Source: Sphaerochaeta sp. (GTDB taxonomy: Bacteria; Spirochaetota; Spirochaetia; Sphaerochaetales; Sphaerochaetaceae). Taken from it: DNA of 64,000 nucleotides. Position 1 is the stretch's first letter; the number at the start of each line of letters is the position of its first letter. Where the stretch lies: positions 9,848-73,847 of the forward strand of contig JBLXDK010000002.1 in assembly GCA_048264225.1 (NCBI GenBank), given 5' to 3'. Positions 16,710-25,512 of this stretch are shown piece after piece. The notes under the pieces are model-generated. The model searched no databases and was not told the DNA's origin. It worked only from the letters and a program-made list of their open reading frames with translations. A program made the position numbers and the translations under genes.

Positions 16710-17624
16710 ATGAGAAAAACCAAACGAATGTATGGCATAGCCATCATAATGATAGTTACCTCTGGACTTCTGTTTGCACTAGGCAATGCTGAAAAGAAAG
16801 ATCTTGACCTCAAACCCACTATTGCCCTGAGCATCCTTCCCCAGGAGTACTTTGTCCAGCGTATAGCAGGGGACCTGCTTGGCAGTGTGGTACTCGTAGG
16901 AGAGGGGCAGAGCCCCCACTCCTACGAGCCTACCCCTTCGCAGATGGCCTCCCTTGCCAACGCAAAGGTGTGGATACTCAGCGGCACTGACTTTGAAGAG
17001 ATCCTTGAAGAGAAGGTATCCTCACTCTATCCGAACCTTCTGGTAGTCGACGGAACAGAGGGGGTAACCTTCCGATCACTGGAGGCGCATGACGATCACG
17101 AAGACCATAGTATGGATAAGGATAGCCTTGAACGGGACCGGCACACCTGGCTTGGATGGGAAAGTGCGAAGATCCTGGCTTCCCATGTCCTGAAAACAGC
17201 GGTCATGCTGCTTCCTGAGCAGAAGGCAGTGTTGGAATCCAATTACCAACAGCTTATCTCCGACATTGATGAAACCTTCCTGAGCCTTAAGGAGAAACTC
17301 GCTCCCTTATCTGGACGCAAGGTATTTGTCTATCACCCTTCCTTCGGATATTTTTTTGATGAGTTCGGCCTGATCCAGGAAGCGGTGGAGATCGGGGGGA
17401 AAGAGCCTACAGCCAAAGACCTCTCGGCCCTTATCCAGAGGGCTAAGAGCGAACAGGCCGTAGCCCTCTTTGTGCAAAAGCAGTTCCCTCTTGCTTCGGC
17501 TGAGACAGTGGCTAAGGCCGCAGGGGCCAAAGTCCTTGCCCTCGACCCTCTTGCCCGAGATTGGATGGCTAACATCCAACAGATGGGTGATGCCCTTCTG
17601 GGTTCACTAGGAGGAAGGCAATGA
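16710..17624 (+). CDS. znuA: Zinc ABC transporter substrate-binding protein (ZnuA/TroA cluster 9)
   Basis: ORF track, 304 aa. It has a signal peptide. The acidic, His-rich loop EAHDDHEDHSMDKDSLERDRH is characteristic of Zn-specific ZnuA. Confidence 0.8.
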   Translation: MRKTKRMYGIAIIMIVTSGLLFALGNAEKKDLDLKPTIALSILPQEYFVQRIAGDLLGSVVLVGEGQSPHSYEPTPSQMASLANAKVWILSGTDFEEILEEKVSSLYPNLLVVDGTEGVTFRSLEAHDDHEDHSMDKDSLERDRHTWLGWESAKILASHVLKTAVMLLPEQKAVLESNYQQLISDIDETFLSLKEKLAPLSGRKVFVYHPSFGYFFDEFGLIQEAVEIGGKEPTAKDLSALIQRAKSEQAVALFVQKQFPLASAETVAKAAGAKVLALDPLARDWMANIQQMGDALLGSLGGRQ

Positions 17625-18409
17625 GCGCCGTCCCTATAGCTTTGCGATTCTCCGGCGTTGCATTCTCCTATGATATGTTGCCCGTCCTGGAGGAGGTGAA
17701 CTTCCATATCCATGAAGGGGAGTTCAGTGCTCTGGTCGGTCCCAACGGCTCGGGCAAGACAACGCTTCTCAAGCTTATCCTTGGCCTTGAGCAGAGCCAG
17801 AAAGGGGAGGTTCTTCTTTTTGGAGACCAACCCAAGAAGAACAGGTCGATGATAGGCTACGTTCCCCAGCATATGACCTACGATCCTACGTTTCCCATCT
17901 CCGTATTGGAGGTCGTAAGGATGGGGGGGGTGCTCTCCACTTCAAGAAAGAGCAAGGATGCCAGAAACAGTGCTGCGCTCGAAGCCCTCAGGCAAGTTGA
18001 GATGGAAGAGCTTGCCCACCGATCCTATAGTGAGCTATCGGGAGGGCAGAGACGGCGAGTCCTTGTAGCACGCGCCCTTGTGGCAGAACCCAAGATGCTC
18101 ATCTTGGACGAGCCTACGGCAAATATGGATGCAGAGAGTGAGAAGCGCCTCTTCGATACGCTTCGCAAGTTCAAAGGCAAGACAACCATCCTCATAGTCA
18201 CCCATGATATGGGAACCGTCTCCTCCCTAACCGACAGGGTATTCTGCATCGGGGCCCAAAAGCCTGGGCAGAAGGGGCGTACTGTGGTCCAGCATACCCT
18301 GGAACCCACCCCCTCTGAACTCTATGGGGGAGAGGCTTTGCGTGTGCTGCATAATGTTGAGCTCCCGCCCGACTACTGCACCTTTGACGGAGGCATGGTC
18401 AATGGATAA
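17621..18409 (+). CDS. znuC: Metal (zinc) ABC transporter ATP-binding protein
   Basis: ORF track, 262 aa. Walker A is GPNGSGKTT, the signature is LSGGQRRRVLVARAL, and Walker B is LILDEPT. It overlaps znuA by 4 nt. Confidence 0.85.
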   Translation: MSAVPIALRFSGVAFSYDMLPVLEEVNFHIHEGEFSALVGPNGSGKTTLLKLILGLEQSQKGEVLLFGDQPKKNRSMIGYVPQHMTYDPTFPISVLEVVRMGGVLSTSRKSKDARNSAALEALRQVEMEELAHRSYSELSGGQRRRVLVARALVAEPKMLILDEPTANMDAESEKRLFDTLRKFKGKTTILIVTHDMGTVSSLTDRVFCIGAQKPGQKGRTVVQHTLEPTPSELYGGEALRVLHNVELPPDYCTFDGGMVNG

Positions 18410-19286
18410 TCTCTTTAGTTTTTTCAGTGCACTTGCAAATCCTGACTTCCCCTTTGTCCGTAATGCTTTGGTTGCAGGACTGCTCTCCTCCATCCTCTTT
18501 GGAGTCATTGGGGCGGTGGTCACCGTCAAGAGGATAGCGGGGCTTGCCGGAGCCATATCACATGCAGTGTTGGGTGGTATCGGGATAGCTTTGTATCTGA
18601 GTGCAACCGGAAAAGTGCCCGGAATCACGCCCATGATGGGTGCAATTGTATTTGCCATCCTTGCAGCGGCCATCATCGGGGTTGTTTCCCTGAAGGCAAA
18701 GCAACGTGAGGATACGGTCATCCAGGCCATCTGGGCCATTGGAATGAGCATCGGTGTCCTCTTTATGGCAAAGACCCCCGGCTATACCGATCCTGCTTCC
18801 TATCTGTTTGGAAACATCCTGCTCATTTCAAATCAGGATCTGATACTGTTGTTTGCCCTTGATGTGATAGTAATCCTGCTTGCCTGGCGCTTCTATCCCC
18901 AGATCGAAGCGACCTCCTTTGACGAGGAATTTGCCCAGGTGAGAGGTATCCCTACCCAGCAGGTATTCCTCCTGATGCTCACTATCACAGCGGTTGCTGT
19001 GGTTCTGCTACAGACCTTTGTCGGTATTGTCATGGTCATAGCGATGCTGACCCTGCCAGCAGGGACAGCAGGATACTGGGCGAAGAACCTGGGGGCCATG
19101 ATGGGTTTGGGTACGCTGTTTTCAGCATTGTTTTCATTCGGGGGCTTGGCAGCCGGTTGGGCCCTTGATGTCCCTGTCGGAGCCATGGTGGTAGTCATTG
19201 CGGGGGGAGTGTTCCTTGGAACTGCCGCTACGAAGATGCTGGTGACCTACAGCAGGAGGAGGGCTTTGCATCATGACAAAAGCTAG
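18402..19286 (+). CDS. znuB: Metal (zinc) ABC transporter permease
   Basis: The ORF is 18324..19286. The likely start is the ATG at 18402 (MDNLFSFFSAL...), overlapping the znuC stop (ATGGATAA). It is polytopic and ABC-3 family-like. Confidence 0.85.
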   Translation: MDNLFSFFSALANPDFPFVRNALVAGLLSSILFGVIGAVVTVKRIAGLAGAISHAVLGGIGIALYLSATGKVPGITPMMGAIVFAILAAAIIGVVSLKAKQREDTVIQAIWAIGMSIGVLFMAKTPGYTDPASYLFGNILLISNQDLILLFALDVIVILLAWRFYPQIEATSFDEEFAQVRGIPTQQVFLLMLTITAVAVVLLQTFVGIVMVIAMLTLPAGTAGYWAKNLGAMMGLGTLFSALFSFGGLAAGWALDVPVGAMVVVIAGGVFLGTAATKMLVTYSRRRALHHDKS

Positions 19287-19668
19287 GAAAGCTATTCTCG
19301 AGGCTTTAAAACATGCCAAGGAACCTGTCTCCGTCTCTGAAATGGCAAAGCAACTGGGGGCCTTGTGTGACCCAGCAACCGTCTATCGGAACTTGCACTA
19401 TCTGGAGAAGAACAATCTGGCAACCTCATTTATCCTGCACTGCAGTGAACATGGGACCGAACGATACTACTCAGCCAAGGATGGTAAGGATCATCATCAC
19501 TGGTTTCACTGTGAGAAGTGCCATCGCTTTATCGATCTGGGTGGGTGCTTTTATGTAGAACAGGTGCGCCAATTTGAAACAGAGCATGGCTTCACGGTCA
19601 ATGACCATACCTTCTACCTAACGGGCATCTGCCAAGAGTGTAAACAGGACCTAGAATCAGGGGTTTGA
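19273..19668 (+). CDS. zur: Fur-family metalloregulator, probably Zur
   Basis: ORF track, 131 aa. The wHTH reads ...SVSEMAKQLGALCDPATVYRNLHYLEKNNL..., and there are two Cys pairs, HCEKCHRF and CQEC. It is the last gene of the znu operon. Confidence 0.75.
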   Translation: MTKARKAILEALKHAKEPVSVSEMAKQLGALCDPATVYRNLHYLEKNNLATSFILHCSEHGTERYYSAKDGKDHHHWFHCEKCHRFIDLGGCFYVEQVRQFETEHGFTVNDHTFYLTGICQECKQDLESGV

Positions 19669-20598
19669 CTTCTTCTGCAACAAGGAGAAGAGCAGCACCC
19701 TGTTTTTAACCCCGAGCTTTGTATAGATATTCTTGATATGAGTCTTTACCGTATTGGGTGAGATGAAGAGCTTTTCTGCTATCTCCCGGTTGCTCAGGCC
19801 TTTCACCAACAACTCTATGATCTCCTGTTCCCTTGCCGATACATCATGCTCTTGCAGAAACTCTGTTTTCTGGATTACTGATGATTCGGTCACCACTTCG
19901 TAGGTAAGGAAATATCTACGGCTGATGAAATAGTAGAGGTAGACTGCGAACGCTGAAAAACTGAGATAGGTGAACTTGAAGGCATGATTCCAGAAGAAGA
20001 TCATATCAAGGGGAAAGAGCACCAGCAAAGGAATGAAGGTCGAGCAGATACCGGTCAGAAGCCTCTCCTGTTCCCACCCCTGTGCCCTTTTTCGATAGAA
20101 GAGCGCGGTGAAGCCATGGATGACCAAAAACACGCTGCCACTGAAGATGTGATAGGAGAAGGTGATATTCATCGCATAAATCCAGTCGCCTTCGCTCTTG
20201 CCGATGATGATAAGCAGGCTGATGATAAGGAAAGCAAGGATGAGGAACCCCAGGATGGTTTTCCCCAGGCTCTTTTCCTTATCCGTCGCAGGCAGAAGTG
20301 CGATAAGGTAGCGGCTCATGGTAAACAGCATCAGTGTTGTAAGGAATATCGACACCAGTGTAGCAGAGAGGCAGAAATACCTATAGATATCGCCTGTAAG
20401 CTGCTCAGGGGCGTAGACCCGGGGTATGTATGCATAGAGCATGGTCAGGAACATCTGAAGGTTCAGAGGGATCAGAAAAGCCAAGAATCCACGTGTATAG
20501 CTATCCTTTGCATGGACATGCAATAGGATACAGAGACACGTAATGGAAAAGACGAGTGCGGTAGTCAGAAAAAGCAGAATGTCTCCAATGATGAACAC
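19657..20598 (-). CDS. Membrane-embedded LuxR-family transcriptional regulator (multi-TM N-domain plus C-terminal HTH)
   Basis: ORF track, 313 aa. About seven hydrophobic segments are followed by SAREQEIIELLVKGLSNREIAEKLFISPNTVKTHIKNIYTKLGV (LuxR/GerE HTH). It sits 55 nt downstream of the beta-barrel gene on the same strand. Confidence 0.8.
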   Translation of the reverse strand: MFIIGDILLFLTTALVFSITCLCILLHVHAKDSYTRGFLAFLIPLNLQMFLTMLYAYIPRVYAPEQLTGDIYRYFCLSATLVSIFLTTLMLFTMSRYLIALLPATDKEKSLGKTILGFLILAFLIISLLIIIGKSEGDWIYAMNITFSYHIFSGSVFLVIHGFTALFYRKRAQGWEQERLLTGICSTFIPLLVLFPLDMIFFWNHAFKFTYLSFSAFAVYLYYFISRRYFLTYEVVTESSVIQKTEFLQEHDVSAREQEIIELLVKGLSNREIAEKLFISPNTVKTHIKNIYTKLGVKNRVLLFSLLQKKSNP

Positions 20599-20653
20599 AA
20601 TCAGAATCCTCCATGGGAGGATTCTACCACACTCGCCCTTTCTAGGGTAGGAC

Positions 20654-21964
20654 TTAGAAGAAGTGAGTTATGCCAATTGTAAGATAATCGTTGTCATCCC
20701 ACGTCTTGAAAAGGCTATCTTTCGAACCTATTGAACCATAGACAACAGCCTTACACTCAAGACGAAGATCATCACTGACTTGCCATCCGATGGAAGGCAG
20801 AAGGGCATAGCCCTCTGTCTCGATCTGATAGGTGGCACCGAGGCGTACATTCACCCTCTCACGGAACAGGGGCATCTCCATTGCCAGGGTGAGGGTGTTG
20901 CCATAGGCCTTGTTGTCGAAGGCCTGGCCCTGATCTACATCAAACCCAATGAATGGATTGGCAACATTACTCTTCACAGAATCATAATCAACAATACAGT
21001 GTCCGTTGTACATAAGAGCTAGATACAGCTGGCTGGAAGGTTCCAGATAGCTTATCCCACCAAAATAGACCCATTTGCTGTTGTAGAGAGTCGGGTCAGT
21101 TCCCTTGGTATCCTTGCTGAGCATGTATCCACCCTCTGCCATGAGGGTGAACTGGCCAACGACATAGGTTGCTTCACCTCCGAAGAGCTGGTATGGGGTG
21201 AAGACGGTATCTATATATGTTGGGGGTGCAGCAGCTTCTGGTTTGTACCCAGGCTGAGCCATATGCCCCTTATAGTAGAGCAGCCCCAGGTCGGCGCCGC
21301 CGATGCTGGTTCTTGCCCTAGACCCGAACTGTACATATTCCAAAGAATCTGTTTTGGGAGGATCATGGATGGTCAATGTGGAAAAATTGGCAGGCAGCAA
21401 TGACCATCTGTCGTCCTTGTCCATAGATGCCAGCCCTGGCGTAAAGGTCGGCTTCATGTAGAGCTGCAAGGAACTCTGATCCTTGTAGATGGTGGAAGTG
21501 AGCATGAATTCTGCCCTCTTCATGCTGAAAATGTCATCTGAGAGACCCTTGGAGTAGTCAAAGGCATTGAGCACGTCCACAACATGCACGCCGTCTCCTG
21601 AACCCCACTCCTCCTTGAGCAGGCCTGCCTTGATGATGCCCCAGTCGAAGAATGAGGTAATTGCAATGGTGTTTGCCGTAAGTTCTCTCTTTTGTGCATC
21701 AAAGGAGAGAGCAGCTTCTGATTTGAAGGAGGGACTGTCAGCAAGGAGATTTACATTCAGAAGCTGCTCAGAAAATACCTGGTCATCGAAATAAACTCCA
21801 ATTTGTGCTTCTACCGAACCTGAGAGCGAGAGGCTCAGCTTAGGGGTTTTTTCTTCTTCTCCATTTTCTATTTCTGCTGCGAATATGTCATCAAAGCCTG
21901 CAAAGGCAAAAAGGTTGCCCAGCAGCAAGCTGATAGTGAGCAATACAAGTACAATACGTTTCAT
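20654..21964 (-). CDS. Secreted protein, probable outer-membrane beta-barrel (DUF1302-like impression)
   Basis: ORF track, 436 aa. It has a signal peptide (MKRIVLVLLTISLLLGNLFAFA). The body is rich in alternating strands, and the C-terminal residue is aromatic (...GITHFF). It abuts the LolA-like gene, with stop and start sharing nucleotide 21964. Confidence 0.5.
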   Translation of the reverse strand: MKRIVLVLLTISLLLGNLFAFAGFDDIFAAEIENGEEEKTPKLSLSLSGSVEAQIGVYFDDQVFSEQLLNVNLLADSPSFKSEAALSFDAQKRELTANTIAITSFFDWGIIKAGLLKEEWGSGDGVHVVDVLNAFDYSKGLSDDIFSMKRAEFMLTSTIYKDQSSLQLYMKPTFTPGLASMDKDDRWSLLPANFSTLTIHDPPKTDSLEYVQFGSRARTSIGGADLGLLYYKGHMAQPGYKPEAAAPPTYIDTVFTPYQLFGGEATYVVGQFTLMAEGGYMLSKDTKGTDPTLYNSKWVYFGGISYLEPSSQLYLALMYNGHCIVDYDSVKSNVANPFIGFDVDQGQAFDNKAYGNTLTLAMEMPLFRERVNVRLGATYQIETEGYALLPSIGWQVSDDLRLECKAVVYGSIGSKDSLFKTWDDNDYLTIGITHFF

Positions 21965-22728
21965 TAGGGCCTCCCTGTTTCAAGGAATCTGGTGGTGAAA
22001 TAGTTGCTGTTCATGGCGATGTCATACTGGGCCTGGAGGATCTCAATCTTGGTGCTATGCCCACTAGCGATGGTAGTCATGATGATGACCTTGGGTATCC
22101 ATTTGCCATTCATCTGCTCTATCTGTTGTGTTACCAGCTGTTTTTCCAAGGTTGTTCCATCTTTGGCATAGAAGTCCACCTGCAAGGGTAGGTAGGTATC
22201 CTTGTCGACGGTGGTCTCTGTCTTTCCATAGGTCGTCGTGTCGAAAGGAACCGACCTTACAACATAGGCTGTCGCACTCTCCTCCAGGAGGGTGTGTGTC
22301 GCCTCATCAGCGTCATAGGTGGTCGAGGCCATGTCAGAGTAGGAGAAGTCACTTCCCATGAAGGATCCCCCTTCCTCATTTGCTGCAATACGCTTTACAC
22401 GCTTGAGGGCTGGGAGGTAAATCCACTGGTCTGTCTTTCCCTGCTCGTTCTCCACTGAGAGAAAGCGGGTGTTTTTTACGCTGGAGGGTGAGAGGAATAC
22501 GGTAATGGAAGAGGTCCTGCCATTCTCTGTGAGGGAGAGCGTCTGCAGTCTCCTTGTACGTTCCTGTCCTCCTGCATCTATGAGGGTAAGCTCCAGGTCT
22601 AGGGCCGAGCTGTTACTGCTCTGTACCTCCATGACCTTGTCCATGATCACTTGCGGTTGTGGCGCCGCTGTGATGGGAAACAGGAAAGTCAGTGCTAAGG
22701 CAAGTATGAAGGGAATGGTTTTATTCAT
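21964..22728 (-). CDS. Outer-membrane lipoprotein-sorting (LolA-like) family protein
   Basis: ORF track, 254 aa. It has a signal peptide. Hallmark stretches are ...QWIYLPALKRVKRIAANEEGGSFMGSDFSYSDM..., matching the same stretch in 4768..5547. Confidence 0.75.
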   Translation of the reverse strand: MNKTIPFILALALTFLFPITAAPQPQVIMDKVMEVQSSNSSALDLELTLIDAGGQERTRRLQTLSLTENGRTSSITVFLSPSSVKNTRFLSVENEQGKTDQWIYLPALKRVKRIAANEEGGSFMGSDFSYSDMASTTYDADEATHTLLEESATAYVVRSVPFDTTTYGKTETTVDKDTYLPLQVDFYAKDGTTLEKQLVTQQIEQMNGKWIPKVIIMTTIASGHSTKIEILQAQYDIAMNSNYFTTRFLETGRP

Positions 22729-25190
22729 TATGAGATTCTCCTTGATTCTTTTGTTTCAGAGATGAGCATGGTGTTCTTTGGTTTGATGCGACGAAGCAGG
22801 GCAGGCATGATGGTGAGGCTGCTCAACGAAGCGAACACCATCGCGATACAGAACAGAAGGCCCATGCGCGATATGGGAGTGAATCGGCTGAACAGCAAGC
22901 CCATAAAGCCCAACGTCACAGAAGCGGCGTTGATGAGGATGGCCTTACCTGTTGTCTTCATTACCTCGGTGAATACCTCACTGTGCGAAACTATTGATCC
23001 GAGTCTCACATAGGCTGCTATAAGGTGAATTGCATAGTCCACCCCGATGCCAATGGCAAGGGCTGCAAGCAGGCTGGTGATGATATCAAGTTCGATATCA
23101 AGGATTGCCATGGAGGCGAATATTCCCATGAGGGCGAACACACAGGGTATGAGGGCGAGTGTTGCCAGCTTGAACGAACGGAAAAGAAGGAGCACCAAGA
23201 TCCAGACAATGATGAGGGCACCGAAGAGCGAATAGAGCTGGGATTTGGTTACCAGCTCGGTAAGGGCGAGACTTATCGCTTCCCCCCCGCCGATCTCCAT
23301 CGTCCAGCCAGGAGGAAGGGTTGCCTTGAAGTGCTCCTCTATGGTGTTAGTGATGTTTCTCAAGGTCGGGGTGTCTGTCTTGAGGAGGCTTATGGTCATA
23401 AGAAGAGAGTCTGGCTCGATCGGATCATTGATGAACTTGCCCAGATTTCCACTGTACAGTAGGAGATATTGGGTTATGAGCTGGCTAAGCTCCTCTTCTG
23501 TTTCCAGGCCATACTTAGCTGGGTCAGAGGGTATCTCGTAGTAGCTGCCGTCCTGGGCGATGACGGGGTTCCCCTCAGCTATGGTTTCTAAGGGTTGTTC
23601 CTCCTCCACAGCGCCGAATGATCCTCCAAAGAAGTCAAAGTCAGGCATAGCCTCATCTGTCTGGAGGGTATCCCCCTGCTGAGGGCCCATGATCTGGTTC
23701 ATCCGCTTGATGAAGGGAAGGATGGTCTGCACGCCGCCTACATCATCCCTGTGTTCCATGCTTTGGGAGAACTCGTCCAATGAGGTAAGGAATGACGGCT
23801 GGAGGATGGTTGCCTTGCTGTCCCTCTTTATCATTACGGTGAGGATGCCACTACCTTGCATCTTGCTGTTGTAGAGCTTGGTATCCTGTACAAGCTGAGA
23901 TGAGGGTTTGAAGAAGGCAAGCATGTTGGTCCCGGTACGGATACGGGGTATGAGCAGCAGTGTTGCAACAATAAATATGATAGACAGGACTGTGAGTAGT
24001 TTGCCCTGTTTTGAGGCTATGTAGATAAAGATGTGGGATGGGTCGAACTTTGCACGGGTCTTCCTGTTTTTCTTCTCTACTGGTGTGTTTGCATAGAAGA
24101 TTCGAAGCAGGGCAGGAAGGAGATAGAGAGCCGAGAGTTGTGAAAGGACGACTCCGATAGCACAGAGAAGGCCAAAGGTTCTGAAGGGGGCCAAAGGACT
24201 GGTCAGCTGGGCCAGGAATCCTGCCGCTGTGGTGGCTCCTGCCATGATCAGGGGATTGCGGTTCCTTTTCACTACTGTGGTGATAATCCGCTCCCTCCCT
24301 TCCTGGGTCTTCCCCTCCACAGAGTTTGAAGCCTCTTCATAGAAGTGGCTGAGGATGTGGATGGTATAGGCGCTTCCTACTATCAACAGTAGAACCGGTA
24401 CGAGCATGGTAGCCATGGTAAAGGTAAGCTTCAGCACAGCCATAAGGCCAAGCATGAGGCTGGCAGTGACCGCCAGGCAGAATAAGGAGAGAATGACAGA
24501 ACGGAACCTGCCAAATGAGAGCAATAGGATGATGATTATCAGAAGGCCGACAATGGGTGCAAGGATTGCCATGTCAGTGAGCAGGCTCTGCTCGATGGCG
24601 TCGGTGACTACAGGAAGTCCTATCATCGATACCTGAAGAGGCCCAAGATCTATCTTGGCAACCTCAGCCTTGATCTGAACGAGCAGGTCTGACATGTCAG
24701 CACCTACTACCGCCTCAACAATAATCGAAGCCATAGTCCTGTCCCTTGATATGAGGTTGCCTTCATAGAGGTCCCCCCACTGCCCAAGACGTGTCTTCAG
24801 GTTCCCCAGTGCATCTGCCTCAGTCGGGTCGTAGAGCTTTTGCACCAGCAGCCCTTCATCTGAACTGCCCAGATGGTCGGTATTGGTAAGCGACGTTACA
24901 GAGAAACTGAGAGGCAGAGGCTCTATTGCACTGGTGATCTTGTCCAGGACAGTCAGAGAGGAAGCATCAAGCATTGAGGAATCCTTGTTGTAGAGATTGA
25001 CCACAATGAGATCCAGGGATCCGAAGGCCTCTTCGATCGTTTCATTTGTCTGCACTACTGGGGCTTTCTGGGGAATGAATGCATTGGTAGAGCTGTCGAT
25101 GTGGAGTCTCCCGATCTGCATCAGAGAGAGTATGCTGAGCAACAATATTGCTGTAACAAGCAGCAGGTCTTTGGTTTTTCTTCCGTTCAT
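22728..25190 (-). CDS. MMPL/RND-superfamily transporter (12-TM, two large periplasmic loops)
   Basis: ORF track, 820 aa. Two repeated halves each contain a TM bundle (...LAILAPIVGLLIIIILLLSF..., ...ITSLLAALAIGIGVDYAIHL...) with large soluble loops between them. It has the size and architecture of MMPL/HpnN-like exporters. Confidence 0.8.
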   Translation of the reverse strand: MNGRKTKDLLLVTAILLLSILSLMQIGRLHIDSSTNAFIPQKAPVVQTNETIEEAFGSLDLIVVNLYNKDSSMLDASSLTVLDKITSAIEPLPLSFSVTSLTNTDHLGSSDEGLLVQKLYDPTEADALGNLKTRLGQWGDLYEGNLISRDRTMASIIVEAVVGADMSDLLVQIKAEVAKIDLGPLQVSMIGLPVVTDAIEQSLLTDMAILAPIVGLLIIIILLLSFGRFRSVILSLFCLAVTASLMLGLMAVLKLTFTMATMLVPVLLLIVGSAYTIHILSHFYEEASNSVEGKTQEGRERIITTVVKRNRNPLIMAGATTAAGFLAQLTSPLAPFRTFGLLCAIGVVLSQLSALYLLPALLRIFYANTPVEKKNRKTRAKFDPSHIFIYIASKQGKLLTVLSIIFIVATLLLIPRIRTGTNMLAFFKPSSQLVQDTKLYNSKMQGSGILTVMIKRDSKATILQPSFLTSLDEFSQSMEHRDDVGGVQTILPFIKRMNQIMGPQQGDTLQTDEAMPDFDFFGGSFGAVEEEQPLETIAEGNPVIAQDGSYYEIPSDPAKYGLETEEELSQLITQYLLLYSGNLGKFINDPIEPDSLLMTISLLKTDTPTLRNITNTIEEHFKATLPPGWTMEIGGGEAISLALTELVTKSQLYSLFGALIIVWILVLLLFRSFKLATLALIPCVFALMGIFASMAILDIELDIITSLLAALAIGIGVDYAIHLIAAYVRLGSIVSHSEVFTEVMKTTGKAILINAASVTLGFMGLLFSRFTPISRMGLLFCIAMVFASLSSLTIMPALLRRIKPKNTMLISETKESRRIS

Positions 25191-25512
25191 GCTCTCATGA
25201 TAAACCTTGGATCCCCTGCCATATATCGCCTTTGAAGAGGATTTGTCTACCTAGAGGGGATTATTTCAACCTCACCCGTTGGGGTGATTAGCAAAAAACC
25301 TCATTATTTAGCGAAAACAAAGCCTGAAAATGGGCAGATGGTGGCGTACGTGCAGTGTCCCAGCTAGTAATCCCCTTGCAAGGGGGCTCCCCAACCAGAA
25401 CTTACATAGGCACTGTCAGTGCATGATACATTTGGGGTGTTTTGTCTTATGCATAGAGAAAACTTTACAAAAAGACGGTTATACAGGATGATAGAAGGAT
25501 AAGGGGGCTACC

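Noticed and set aside
25372-25385. The perfect palindrome CCCCTTGCAAGGGG in the 322-bp region between the RND operon start and pyk. I considered a small RNA, terminator or riboswitch.
   Set aside because: It is an isolated short hairpin with no U-tract. I could recognise no conserved riboswitch-like core, and there is no second copy in the window. The evidence is insufficient to call a feature.
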